From Candidatus Omnitrophota bacterium (GTDB lineage Bacteria > Omnitrophota > Gorgyraeia > Gygaellales > Profunditerraquicolaceae): a DNA stretch of 64,000 nucleotides. Below the pieces are notes generated by a model. The model did no database searches, had not been told where the DNA came from, and worked only from the letters and a program-made list of their open reading frames with translations. Location of the stretch: NCBI GenBank assembly GCA_025453445.1, contig JALOQJ010000003.1, positions 23,369 to 87,368 on the forward strand, in the 5' to 3' direction. The position numbers and the translations under genes are program-made. This document shows positions 18,415 through 27,748 of this stretch, one piece after another. Each line of letters starts with the position of its first letter. Position 1 is the stretch's first letter.

Positions 18415-19812
18415 ATGAGCGGAATTTTCGGGGTAGTATCAAAAAATAATTGCCAGGAAGATCTGTATTATGGTACAGACTATCATTCGCATTTAGGGAC
18501 ACAATTCGCCGGCCTTGCTGTCTGGCAGAATAATGAAATTGCGCGTAAAATTCATGATATTAAGGGAAGCCAGTTCAAGGCAAAATTTTATCAGGATTAT
18601 AAAGAACTACACGGGAAAAAAGGAATAGGCGTAATCAGCGGGCACGAAGAACAGCCGATTTTGGTGCATTCTAAATTTGGGCCCTTTGCCATAGTTACTA
18701 ATGGCTTTATTGAAAATGCCAATGAGCTGGCACAAGAATTATACAAGCAGGGAAAATCTTTTAGTGAAGTTACAAACGGAAGCGTTAATTCCACGGAATT
18801 AATTGCTAAGTTAATTATTTGCGGGAAGGATATCGTTTCTGGTATCGAGGGAATGTTTTCTAAAATAAAAGGCTCCTGTTCGCTGCTTCTTTTAAATAAG
18901 GACGGGCTCTATGCAGCAAGGGATAAGTTTGGTTATTCGCCGTTAATCATCGGGCAAAAAGGCGATGAATGGGCAGTAACTACGGAAAGTTCAGCTCTTT
19001 ATAATTTGGGTTTCAAGGTAAAAAAGAATATCGAGCCCGGAGAAATTGTCTTGCTTGATGACAGCGGCATAAAATCTAAATCCAAACCTGGTAAATGCAG
19101 CCAAATATGTTCTTTTCTCTGGATTTATACCGGTTTTCCTGCTTCTTGTTATGATGGGATTAATGTGGAGATGTCCCGGGAAAGATGCGGCAGATGCTTG
19201 GCGAAAAACGATAAAGTAAGGGCTGATATGGTTTCAGGTATCCCTGATTCAGGGACTGCCCATGCTGTTGGTTATGCTATGGAGTCGAAAGTTCCTTTCC
19301 GCAGGCCGCTGGTAAAATATACGCCCGGATTTGACCGCAGCTATACTCCGGCTTTACAGGAAAGGCGCGATTTAATCGCCCGGATGAAACTTATACCCAT
19401 AGAAGATATCATCAGAGGCAAACGGATTATTTTTTGCGATGATTCCATTGTCAGAGGCACGCAGCTGAAAAATTACACTATTCAGAAACTTAACGAATGC
19501 GGGGCAAAGGAAATCCATTTAAGGATTGCTTGTCCGCCATTAATGTTTCCCTGTAAGTTTAATTATTCCACGCGCACGTTACAGGAATTGGTGGCGCGAC
19601 GGGCGATAAAAACGCTGGAAGGTAAAGACCTGGAGAATGTTTCTGATTATCTTGATGAAGACTCCGGAAAATATAAAAAAATGGTTGCCTGGATCGCCAA
19701 GGATCTGGGGGCAACTACGCTGAAATACCAGAAGATGAGCGATATGATTAATGCCATAGGCCTGCCTAAGAGCAAATTGTGTTTATATTGTTGGACAGGG
19801 AGAGAGGTATGA
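18415..19812 (+). CDS. Amidophosphoribosyltransferase-like protein (PurF homolog with Ser in place of the N-terminal Cys nucleophile)
   Basis: Ntn-GATase-like N-terminus MSGIFGV (PurF is MCGIVG). PRTase motif FCDDSIVRGTQ. Located in the purF position between purQ and purM. Confidence 0.75.
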   Translation: MSGIFGVVSKNNCQEDLYYGTDYHSHLGTQFAGLAVWQNNEIARKIHDIKGSQFKAKFYQDYKELHGKKGIGVISGHEEQPILVHSKFGPFAIVTNGFIENANELAQELYKQGKSFSEVTNGSVNSTELIAKLIICGKDIVSGIEGMFSKIKGSCSLLLLNKDGLYAARDKFGYSPLIIGQKGDEWAVTTESSALYNLGFKVKKNIEPGEIVLLDDSGIKSKSKPGKCSQICSFLWIYTGFPASCYDGINVEMSRERCGRCLAKNDKVRADMVSGIPDSGTAHAVGYAMESKVPFRRPLVKYTPGFDRSYTPALQERRDLIARMKLIPIEDIIRGKRIIFCDDSIVRGTQLKNYTIQKLNECGAKEIHLRIACPPLMFPCKFNYSTRTLQELVARRAIKTLEGKDLENVSDYLDEDSGKYKKMVAWIAKDLGATTLKYQKMSDMINAIGLPKSKLCLYCWTGREV

Positions 19813-20810
19813 CCATGCTTACTTATAAAAAAGCAGGGGTGGATATAAATAAAGCCACGGGCTTTAAAACCAAGATCAAGGCGTTGGTGAGAAAGTCATT
19901 CCGGCCGGAAGTTTTAAAAGATATCGGCGGCTTCGGCAGTTTTTTCAGCATGCCGAAAAATTATAAAGATCCGGTTTTGGTTTCTTCTACCGATGGCGTG
20001 GGGACAAAGTTAAAAATCGCCATCCTTGCGCATAAGCACGATACTATCGGCATTGATGCCGTAGGGATGAACGTAAATGATATTTTATGCACCGGGGCAG
20101 AGCCATTATTTTTCTTAGACTATATCGCAAGCGGTAAATTAAAACCAGATGTGCTTTTTGATGTGGTTAAGGGCATCAATGACGGATGCATTGAGGCAGG
20201 TTGTTCTTTGATCGGAGGTGAAACTGCGGAAATGCCCGGGATGTATAAGGAAGGTGAATACGATATCGGGGCATTTTGCGTAGGCGTTGTAGAGCGTAAG
20301 AATATCATCGATGGTTCAAAGGTTGCTTGCGGAGATGTTGTGATTGGTTTGGAATCAAGCGGGATACATTCCAATGGTTATTCTTTGGTAAGAAAGGTAT
20401 TTACTAAAAATGAATTAATCAGGATGAGTGATGAATTGCTTAAGCCAACACGCATTTATGTTAAACCGGTCCTGGGTTTATTGAAGAAATATCCGCGTTC
20501 GGTCAATGGTATTGCCCATATTACCGGAGGAGCCTTTTACGATAAAATTTCCCGGATTTTGCCGGATAATATAAATGTGAGGATTTATAAAAATTCCTGG
20601 GTTGTGCCGAAGATTTTCCGGCTAATGCAGACTAAGGGTATTATAGAAGATAAAGAGATGTATCATACTTTTAATATGGGTATTGGTATGGTTTTAATTG
20701 TAAAGCCTGAGTTTACCAAAATGATCATTGCTAAATTAGCTGAGTTTCGGCTTAAGGCATGGGTCATAGGTGAGGCAATAAAAGGGAAAAAAGAAGTGGA
20801 ATTGATTTAA
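19809..20810 (+). CDS. purM: Phosphoribosylformylglycinamidine cyclo-ligase (AIR synthetase)
   Basis: DGVGTKLKIA and GGETAEMPG motifs. ATG overlaps the purF-like stop (ATGA). Confidence 0.85.
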   Translation: MTMLTYKKAGVDINKATGFKTKIKALVRKSFRPEVLKDIGGFGSFFSMPKNYKDPVLVSSTDGVGTKLKIAILAHKHDTIGIDAVGMNVNDILCTGAEPLFFLDYIASGKLKPDVLFDVVKGINDGCIEAGCSLIGGETAEMPGMYKEGEYDIGAFCVGVVERKNIIDGSKVACGDVVIGLESSGIHSNGYSLVRKVFTKNELIRMSDELLKPTRIYVKPVLGLLKKYPRSVNGIAHITGGAFYDKISRILPDNINVRIYKNSWVVPKIFRLMQTKGIIEDKEMYHTFNMGIGMVLIVKPEFTKMIIAKLAEFRLKAWVIGEAIKGKKEVELI

Positions 20811-20823
20811 CAAAGGAGGCAAG

Positions 20824-21699
20824 ATGGGTATTATGTCTTTAATCGGAATAATTGTGGTTGTTATATTTTTTATGGGTATCAGAATTGTCCGTCCGACGCA
20901 TCGCGGGCTGATCGAGAGATTCGGTAAATATAACCGTTTTGCCAATCCGGGATTTAACTGGATTTTTCCTGTTATCGAGAATATTTATCAGGTGAATATT
21001 ACTGAGCAGATGGTGGATGCTGAGCCGCAGGAAATTATCACCAATGATAACCTGAATGCCAAAGTGGATGCGCAGGTTTATTTTAAGGTCAAGCCTTCTG
21101 AGCAGGATGTAAAAAACGCAATTTACAATGTGTTTAATTTCCAGTATCAGATTGTCAATTTAGCAAGGACTACCCTTAGGAATATTATCGGCACTCTGAC
21201 ACTTAAATCCGCAAATTCCGAGCGCGGAAAAATTAATGCCGAATTACACCGGACTTTGATGGAAGAAACCTCAAGCTGGGGTATTGAGATTGTTAGGACG
21301 GAATTAAAAGAAATTGACCCGCCTAAAGATGTGCAGGAGACGATGAACAAGGTTGTCAAGGCTGAGAATGAGAAAATTGCGGCTATAGATTATGCTACAG
21401 CTACTGAAACTGCTGCGGATGGCCAGAAGCGCGCGGAGATTAAAAAAGCCGAAGGTATTAAACAGGCTCGGATTCTTGAAGCAGAAGGCGAAGCTGAGGC
21501 AATTAAGCTTGTTAATGAAGCAGCAGAGCATTATTTTGTCGGCAATGCGCAGGTGTTGCGCAAGCTTGAGGCAGTTGAAAAGTCCTTGCAGCATAACGCA
21601 AAGATTGTAGTTCCGGCAAATACAGAGTTAGTTAATGTCATCGGTGAGATGGCAGGTTTCCTGCCGTTGAAAAAAGAAGTAAAGGAAGACAAGAAATAA
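20824..21699 (+). CDS. SPFH/Band-7 (stomatin/prohibitin-like) membrane protein
   Basis: N-terminal TM helix, SPFH core, and an Ala/Glu-rich coiled-coil tail. Confidence 0.8.
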   Translation: MGIMSLIGIIVVVIFFMGIRIVRPTHRGLIERFGKYNRFANPGFNWIFPVIENIYQVNITEQMVDAEPQEIITNDNLNAKVDAQVYFKVKPSEQDVKNAIYNVFNFQYQIVNLARTTLRNIIGTLTLKSANSERGKINAELHRTLMEETSSWGIEIVRTELKEIDPPKDVQETMNKVVKAENEKIAAIDYATATETAADGQKRAEIKKAEGIKQARILEAEGEAEAIKLVNEAAEHYFVGNAQVLRKLEAVEKSLQHNAKIVVPANTELVNVIGEMAGFLPLKKEVKEDKK

Positions 21700-21776
21700 A
21701 AAATTTAACAGGGACTGTCCCCGTCCAAGTCGTTTAACTGTATTTTAAGGGGACTGTCCCGTTGGTTCTTTCACAG

Positions 21777-21979
21777 TTTCGCGTGTGCCTTGTCTAGTTT
21801 CTCGCTCATTAGTATTGAGCGGGTCCTGTCTGCCGATCCACCTCGCCGTCCTCGTTATTCGCTGCGGGCGGCAAGGTCTTCGTCTCGGCAGCCACCCGCA
21901 AAAAAAGAATCTTTTTTCAATTAGGGGGGGGAGTTGGTTGGGGCGTTCCTGAGAAAACACAGACAAGACAGACGCGAGA
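21777..21979 (+). mobile_element. MITE-like GC-rich repeat, copy A, with ~22-bp terminal inverted repeats
   Basis: Left TIR GTTTCGCGTGTGCCTTGTCTAG and right TIR CACAGACAAGACAGACGCGAGAC. Internal similarity to copies at 40645 and 42150-42366 (shared AATCTTTTTTCAATTA). Contains a G8 tract. Confidence 0.55.
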
Positions 21980-22069
21980 CTTGAGAATAAATAGATTACG
22001 GCAGCAGATGGTTAAACAACAGAAGCAGTACATCGCCTGAGAAATTAGACAGGCGATAAAGGAGGAAAG

Positions 22070-22255
22070 ATGGCGTACGGACAAGGTGGTGGCGGTTATG
22101 GTGGCGGTGGTGGCGGATTCGGCGGTCCTCGTGAAATGCACAAAGCAATATGCGCGGATTGCAAAAAAGAATGCGAAGTTCCCTTTAAACCAAAAGAAGA
22201 CCGTCCGGTTTATTGCAGGGATTGTTTTTCCAAGCGTAAAGACAGCGGCCGGTAA
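22070..22255 (+). CDS. Small glycine-rich zinc-ribbon protein (61 aa)
   Basis: Strong RBS AAAGGAGGAAAG. N-terminal GQGGGGYGGGGGGFGG then CADC-x13-CRDC zinc ribbon. Confidence 0.6.
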   Translation: MAYGQGGGGYGGGGGGFGGPREMHKAICADCKKECEVPFKPKEDRPVYCRDCFSKRKDSGR

Positions 22256-22266
22256 AAGATATAAAG

Positions 22267-23577
22267 ATGAGAATTCTGGTGATTGGCTCAGGCGGCAGAG
22301 AGCATGCGTTAGTCTGGAAAATTGCGCAGTCGAAGCTGGCGGATAAGATATTTTGTGCGCCGGGAAATGGCGGGATTGCCAATTTTGCCGAATGCATTGA
22401 TATTAAGGCTGATGATATCTTGAAGCTGCTTGAGTTTGCCGGAAAAGAAAAAATTGATCTAACAGTTGTCGGCCCGGAGGCACCTTTGTCCTCTGGGATC
22501 GTTGATGAATTTGTTGCGCGGGGATTAAAAATCTTCGGGCCGAGTAAACTGGCAGCACAGTTAGAGGCAAGTAAAGTTTTTGCCAAGGAATTAATGGCAA
22601 AATATTCTGTGCCGACTGCTGCTTTTAAGGTCTTTGACAATCCTGAAGAAGCAAAAAAATATATTGAGCAAGCCGGGGCTCCCTGCGTAGTGAAAGCTGA
22701 TGGCTTGGCAGCCGGAAAAGGCGTAGTTGTGGCTAAAACCGTTGATGAAGCAAAACAGGCTGTCAGAGCAATAATGGAAGAGAGGATTTTTGGCGCATCC
22801 GGCAATAAAATAATTATTGAGGAATGTTTAGAAGGCGAAGAAGCCTCAATTCTCGTTATTACCGACGGTAAAGAAGTAGTTGCTTTGGCTTCAGCCCAAG
22901 ATCATAAAAGAATAAATGACGGAGATTGCGGGCCGAATACCGGCGGTATGGGCGCATATTCTCCGGCGCCGGCAGTGACAAAAGAATTATTCAAAGAAAT
23001 TTTAGATAAAGTAATTTATCGTACCATAGATGGTTTAGCTAAAGAAGGAATAAATTATCATGGCGTTTTATACGCAGGTATTATGTTGACTAAAGATGGC
23101 CCGAAGACGCTGGAATTTAATGTGCGTTTTGGCGATCCGGAGACAGAAGCGATTTTGCCGCGTTTAAAATCCGATTTAGTAGAAATTATGCTTGCTGCTT
23201 CAGAAGGAAAACTTGCGCGCTTAAAGAGCCTGGAATGGGATCCCCGCGCTTGTGTCTGCGTTATCTGTGCCTCAGGCGGTTATCCGGATAATTATGAAAA
23301 AGGAAAAATAATCAGTGGATTAGAAGACGCGCAAAAATTAAATGATATCGTAATTTTTCACGCTGGCACTAAATTGCGCATAATTAATGATGTCGGACAA
23401 AGGCAGGAAAGAGAATATTTAACCGATGGCGGAAGAGTATTGGGCGTGACGGGCCTGGGGAAAACAATTAAGGAAGCTATCGCGCATACTTATCAGGCAG
23501 TAGAAAAAATAAATTTTTCCGGGATGCATTATCGCCGTGATATCGGAAAAAAGGCAGTAGCGAGGGAGGAAAGATGA
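22267..23577 (+). CDS. purD: Phosphoribosylamine--glycine ligase
   Basis: MRILVIGSGGREHALVWKIAQS..., ATP-grasp fold, 436 aa. Confidence 0.9.
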   Translation: MRILVIGSGGREHALVWKIAQSKLADKIFCAPGNGGIANFAECIDIKADDILKLLEFAGKEKIDLTVVGPEAPLSSGIVDEFVARGLKIFGPSKLAAQLEASKVFAKELMAKYSVPTAAFKVFDNPEEAKKYIEQAGAPCVVKADGLAAGKGVVVAKTVDEAKQAVRAIMEERIFGASGNKIIIEECLEGEEASILVITDGKEVVALASAQDHKRINDGDCGPNTGGMGAYSPAPAVTKELFKEILDKVIYRTIDGLAKEGINYHGVLYAGIMLTKDGPKTLEFNVRFGDPETEAILPRLKSDLVEIMLAASEGKLARLKSLEWDPRACVCVICASGGYPDNYEKGKIISGLEDAQKLNDIVIFHAGTKLRIINDVGQRQEREYLTDGGRVLGVTGLGKTIKEAIAHTYQAVEKINFSGMHYRRDIGKKAVAREER

Positions 23578-24050
23578 TCAGTATAATTATGGGTAGTCAG
23601 TCGGATCTGGATACTGTGCAGGAAGCAATTAATGTTTTAAAAGAATTTAAGGCAAAATTTGAGCTAAAGATTTTATCTGCGCACAGGACTCCCAAAGAAT
23701 TAGCTGCTTATATTGAAACTGCCTCGAAAAAATCTACAAAAGTATTCATCTGCGCTGCCGGAGGAGCTGCTGCTTTAGCCGGAGTAGTTGCTGCTCATAC
23801 AACGCTGCCGGTTATTGGTATACCTATTGAGACTAGCAGCTTGAAAGGGATTGATTCGCTACTTTCAACTGTCCAGATGCCCGGAGGAATTCCGGTTGCT
23901 TCAATGAGCATAGGCAAAGCAGGAGCTAAAAACGCAGCACTCTTTGCACTGGAAATTTTGGGCATAAAGAATAAATTAATCAGCGCACAACTGATTAATT
24001 ATAAGCGGCAGATGGCTGAAAAAATCAAAAAAACCAAAATTAAATTATGA
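23574..24050 (+). CDS. purE: N5-carboxyaminoimidazole ribonucleotide mutase
   Basis: IMGSQSDL and SAHRTP motifs (class I PurE). Confidence 0.9.
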   Translation: MISIIMGSQSDLDTVQEAINVLKEFKAKFELKILSAHRTPKELAAYIETASKKSTKVFICAAGGAAALAGVVAAHTTLPVIGIPIETSSLKGIDSLLSTVQMPGGIPVASMSIGKAGAKNAALFALEILGIKNKLISAQLINYKRQMAEKIKKTKIKL

Positions 24051-25105
24051 GTTTGGCGAAAATCGTCAAAATAAGCCCCCAGGGCCCTGATGAAGGATAT
24101 CTTCAGGAAGCAGCCAAAGTTATTAAAAACGGCGGCTTGGTGATAATACCCACGGAAACCGTCTATGGTATTGCCGCTGACATGCTTAATCCGGAAACAA
24201 TCAGCAGGCTATACGAAATAAAAGGCCGGCCCAAGGATAAGCCATTTTCCCTGCATATTGATTCAAAAGAAAAAATTAAAAATTTTGCCAAGGATATTCC
24301 GGTTACGGCATGGAAATTAATTGATAGGTTTTGGCCCGGGCCGTTGACGATAATTTTAGAATCAAAAAATAACTCTACCATCGGCATGCGCATGCCTGAT
24401 GATGAAATAGCCTTGCAGGTGATTGCTTTATCCGGTGTACCCGTAGTTTGCCCTTCGGCAAACCTTTCAGGAAGGCCGGCCCCAATAAATTTTGAACAGG
24501 CGATAAAAGACCTCAAAGATAAGGTAGATTTTGCCATTGACGCAGGCGATGTTTCCCTTGGCAAGGAATCTTCAATCGTAGATTTAACCCGGGATCCTTT
24601 AAAGATTTTGCGCATAGGTGCTATAACAAAAGAAACAATCGAACAGGTGGTGGGTAGAAAAACCGTGCTTTTTGTCTGTACCGGTAATTCCTGCCGTTCG
24701 GTGATGGCCAAGGCGCTTTTAGAAAAGAGCCTAAAACTTAAAAAACGCAGTGACGTAGAAGTCCTTTCTGCCGGAATGATGAGCGCTGGTATGGGCGCTA
24801 CTGAAGCAACTAAGGAAGTGCTGGCAGAAGAAGGCATAGATGTATCGGATCATCGTTCGCAGCGGGTAAGTGAAGATATGCTTAGAAAATCAGATTTAAT
24901 TCTGGTGATGGAAAAAATACACGAAGAAAGAATTCTGCAGCTGGTACCGGAGATAAAAAACAGAGTGTTTTTATTAAAAGAATTTGCTAAAATAGATGAC
25001 ATGAATATTAATATCGATGATCCTATCGGCAGGCCGCTGGAATTTTATGAATTAACTATGGAAACTATAAAAGAGGCAGTGGAAAGGATAAGTAATATAA
25101 TATGA
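24047..25105 (+). CDS. Fusion of threonylcarbamoyl-AMP synthase (YrdC/Sua5/YwlC domain) and low-molecular-weight protein (Tyr/Arg) phosphatase (YwlE-like)
   Basis: N-terminal domain has VIIPTETVYGIAAD (YrdC). C-terminal domain has the CTGNSCRS P-loop of LMW-PTPs. Followed by rpiB and glyA, as in B. subtilis ywlC-ywlE-ywlF-glyA. Confidence 0.8.
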   Translation: MSLAKIVKISPQGPDEGYLQEAAKVIKNGGLVIIPTETVYGIAADMLNPETISRLYEIKGRPKDKPFSLHIDSKEKIKNFAKDIPVTAWKLIDRFWPGPLTIILESKNNSTIGMRMPDDEIALQVIALSGVPVVCPSANLSGRPAPINFEQAIKDLKDKVDFAIDAGDVSLGKESSIVDLTRDPLKILRIGAITKETIEQVVGRKTVLFVCTGNSCRSVMAKALLEKSLKLKKRSDVEVLSAGMMSAGMGATEATKEVLAEEGIDVSDHRSQRVSEDMLRKSDLILVMEKIHEERILQLVPEIKNRVFLLKEFAKIDDMNINIDDPIGRPLEFYELTMETIKEAVERISNII

Positions 25106-25554
25106 AGACTATATTGATTGCTTCGGATCACGCTGGCTTCGGCCTCAAAGAAAAAATTAAGCTTTATCTGCAGAAAACGGGTTTTAAAGTAAATGATTTA
25201 GGCACTTATTCTGAGGAGCGTTGCGATTACCCTGAGTTTGCAGCAAGGCTTGCAAAGTTAATTCCCCGCCAGAAAAATAGCCGCGGTATACTCATTTGTG
25301 GTTCTGGCATAGGCGTAGCGATTGTTGCCAACCGTTTTAAGGGCGTTAGGGCAGCTGTTTGCCATAATATTCAAGCAGCGGAATTTTCCCGTCGGCACAA
25401 TGATAGTAATGTTTTGGCGTTAGGCGCGCGAATTGCCGGGCTTGAGCTGCAGAAAAAGATTTTAAAAATCTGGCTTAATACAAAATTTGAAGGCGGCAGG
25501 CACAGAAGAAGATTGAATTTATTAAAAAGAATAGAAGAGGAAATAACAAAATGA
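25102..25554 (+). CDS. rpiB: Ribose-5-phosphate isomerase B
   Basis: [19 protein letters not shown]..., RpiB/LacAB family, 150 aa. Confidence 0.85.
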   Translation: MKTILIASDHAGFGLKEKIKLYLQKTGFKVNDLGTYSEERCDYPEFAARLAKLIPRQKNSRGILICGSGIGVAIVANRFKGVRAAVCHNIQAAEFSRRHNDSNVLALGARIAGLELQKKILKIWLNTKFEGGRHRRRLNLLKRIEEEITK

Positions 25555-26807
25555 AAAGTTTAGAGCATTTGAAAAAAGTTGACCCGGAAATTTATCAGGC
25601 GATAGCAGATGAAATCCGCAGGCAGGAAGATAACCTGGAATTTATTGCCTCGGAGAACTTTACTTCTTTGGCTGTTTTGGAGGCGCAAGGTTCAGTGCTG
25701 ACTAATAAATATGCCGAAGGTTATCCCAGCGCCCGCTGGTATGGCGGATGCGCTAATGTGGATGCTGCTGAAAGCCTTGCGATTGAGAGGGCAAAAAAAT
25801 TATTTGGCGCTGAACACGTTAACGTGCAGGCGCATTCAGGGACACAGGCAAATATGGCAGTGTATTTTGCGGCATTAAATTTAGGGGATACGATTTTAGC
25901 TTTGGATTTGGCCTGCGGCGGGCATCTTTCGCATGGGCATGCGCATAATTTTTCAGGTATGTTTTATAATGTTGTTGCTTATGGTGTGGATAAAAAGACA
26001 GAAATGCTGGACTACGATCACATTGCTGTTTTAGCAAAACAAAATAAGCCGAAATTAATTTTAGCAGGTGCTTCGGCTTACCCGAGAAAATTGGATTTTA
26101 AAAAATTCCGTAAAATTGCCGATAGCGTAGGCGCGTATTTATTTGTGGATATGGCGCATATTGCAGGGTTAGTTGCTGCAGGGGTGCATCCTTCGCCTGT
26201 GCCTTACGCGGAATTTGTTACTTCTACGACGCACAAAACTTTACGCGGGCCTCGTGGCGGATTTGTTATCTGTAAAAAAGAATTTGCCAAAAAAATCGAT
26301 TCGCGGATTTTTCCCGGCATACAAGGCGGGCCTCTGATGCATGTGATTGCTGCCAAAGCAGTGGCTTTTCACGAAGCATTGACCCCTGCTTTTCGAACCT
26401 ATCAGCGCCAGATTGTTAAAAATTCTAAAGAGCTGGCCAATGCCTTGAGCACAAAAGGTTTTCGTATTGTTTCCGGAGGCACGGATACGCATTTATTCTT
26501 AGTGGACTTAAATGAGAAAGGTATTACCGGTAAAGACGCTTCCAGTGCGCTTGAAGAGGCCGGCATTACAGTGAATAAAAACCTGATTCCTTTTGATCAG
26601 AAAAGCCCGGCAGTAACCAGCGGTATACGTTTAGGCACAGCTGCTGTGACTACACGCAAGATGAAAGAGCGGGAGATGCATAAAATTTCTGAATTAATCA
26701 ACCAAGCGGTTGAAGGAAGCGATAAACCTGAAATTTTAAAAGCAGTGCGAATAGAAGTTTTGGAATTAGCCAGAAGATTTCCTTTATATCCGGAGCTAAA
26801 ACAATGA
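25551..26807 (+). CDS. glyA: Serine hydroxymethyltransferase
   Basis: [26 protein letters not shown] and PLP-Lys region [12 protein letters not shown]. Confidence 0.9.
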   Translation: MKSLEHLKKVDPEIYQAIADEIRRQEDNLEFIASENFTSLAVLEAQGSVLTNKYAEGYPSARWYGGCANVDAAESLAIERAKKLFGAEHVNVQAHSGTQANMAVYFAALNLGDTILALDLACGGHLSHGHAHNFSGMFYNVVAYGVDKKTEMLDYDHIAVLAKQNKPKLILAGASAYPRKLDFKKFRKIADSVGAYLFVDMAHIAGLVAAGVHPSPVPYAEFVTSTTHKTLRGPRGGFVICKKEFAKKIDSRIFPGIQGGPLMHVIAAKAVAFHEALTPAFRTYQRQIVKNSKELANALSTKGFRIVSGGTDTHLFLVDLNEKGITGKDASSALEEAGITVNKNLIPFDQKSPAVTSGIRLGTAAVTTRKMKEREMHKISELINQAVEGSDKPEILKAVRIEVLELARRFPLYPELKQ

Positions 26808-27265
26808 AAAAGAATTTAACGCATGTCAGGCCTACATGGGATGAATATTTTTTGGAAGTAGCAGGATTGGTTTCTAAAAGGGCAACCTGTTTGCGCAGGA
26901 AAGTCGGTGCTGTACTGGTCAGGGATAAGAAAATTTTAGCCACAGGTTATAACGGCGCGCCTTCCGGGCTTAAGCATTGCCTTGATATAGAGTGTATCAG
27001 GGAAAAATTGAAAATTCCATCTGGCCAGCGCCATGAGCTTTGCCGCGGCCTGCATGCGGAGCAGAATGTCCTTCTGCAGGCAGCTTTGCACGGCACGAGC
27101 ACTAAAGAAAGTGTCTTGTATGTCACTAATCAGCCATGCTCTATTTGCGCTAAAATGCTGATTAATGCCGGCATTCGGGAGATTGTCATTGCCGACGGCT
27201 ATCCTGATGAGATGGCCGGAAAATTTTTGAGAGAAGCTAAAATAAAAATCAGAAAAGTTAAATAA
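26804..27265 (+). CDS. dCMP deaminase (ComEB-like)
   Basis: [11 protein letters not shown] and [14 protein letters not shown] zinc-binding CDA motifs. Confidence 0.8.
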   Translation: MKKNLTHVRPTWDEYFLEVAGLVSKRATCLRRKVGAVLVRDKKILATGYNGAPSGLKHCLDIECIREKLKIPSGQRHELCRGLHAEQNVLLQAALHGTSTKESVLYVTNQPCSICAKMLINAGIREIVIADGYPDEMAGKFLREAKIKIRKVK

Positions 27266-27735
27266 TGAAGTGCCCTTACTGTGGCCATAAAGAAGACAAA
27301 GTGGTTGATTCGCGCTCAACTCAGGAAGAATCAGCAATCCGGCGCAGGCGCGAGTGCCTAAAGTGCGGTAAGCGTTTTACCACCTACGAATATATCGAAG
27401 AAATGTCTTTTATGGTGGTAAAAAAAGATAACCGCAGGCAGGCATTTGACCGTAAAAAGATTTTAGCCGGGATTATCCGTGCCTGCGAGAAAAGGCCGGT
27501 GAGTATTGAAAAGATGGAGGAAATTGTTACACAGGTCGAGCGGGCAATTCAGAAAAAATATGACCGCGAGGTGCCTTCTGCTAAAGTCGGTGAATTGGTA
27601 ATGGAAAAGCTAAAATCGCTGGATGATGTGGCATATGTTAGATTTGCTTCGGTGTACCGGCAGTTTAAAGATGTGGGCCAGTTTATGGTAGAATTAAAGG
27701 GTATGCTAAATACAGAACGCCGCAAAAATAGATAA
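27265..27735 (+). CDS. nrdR: Transcriptional repressor NrdR
   Basis: [17 protein letters not shown] zinc ribbon plus ATP-cone. Confidence 0.85.
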   Translation: MKCPYCGHKEDKVVDSRSTQEESAIRRRRECLKCGKRFTTYEYIEEMSFMVVKKDNRRQAFDRKKILAGIIRACEKRPVSIEKMEEIVTQVERAIQKKYDREVPSAKVGELVMEKLKSLDDVAYVRFASVYRQFKDVGQFMVELKGMLNTERRKNR

Positions 27736-27748
27736 AGGGGTATAAGTT

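Noticed and set aside
21700-22069. Possibility that the 370-nt GC-rich non-coding region is a known housekeeping RNA (RNase P, tmRNA, SRP, 6S)
   Set aside because: None of the conserved RNase P (GGAAAGTCCGGGCTCC), tmRNA (resume codon/TCGACG) or SRP (GGAAGCAGCC-like) motifs is present. The region is explained by repeat copy A plus a hairpin after the SPFH gene.
22185-22805. Long antisense ORFs (22185..22805 -, 24163..24837 -, 58207..58896 -, 61327..61749 -, 1633..2022 -)
   Set aside because: They are embedded opposite well-supported genes (purD, yrdC fusion, GT9, hldE, rnfD) and have no RBS or motifs. They are typical spurious ORFs.
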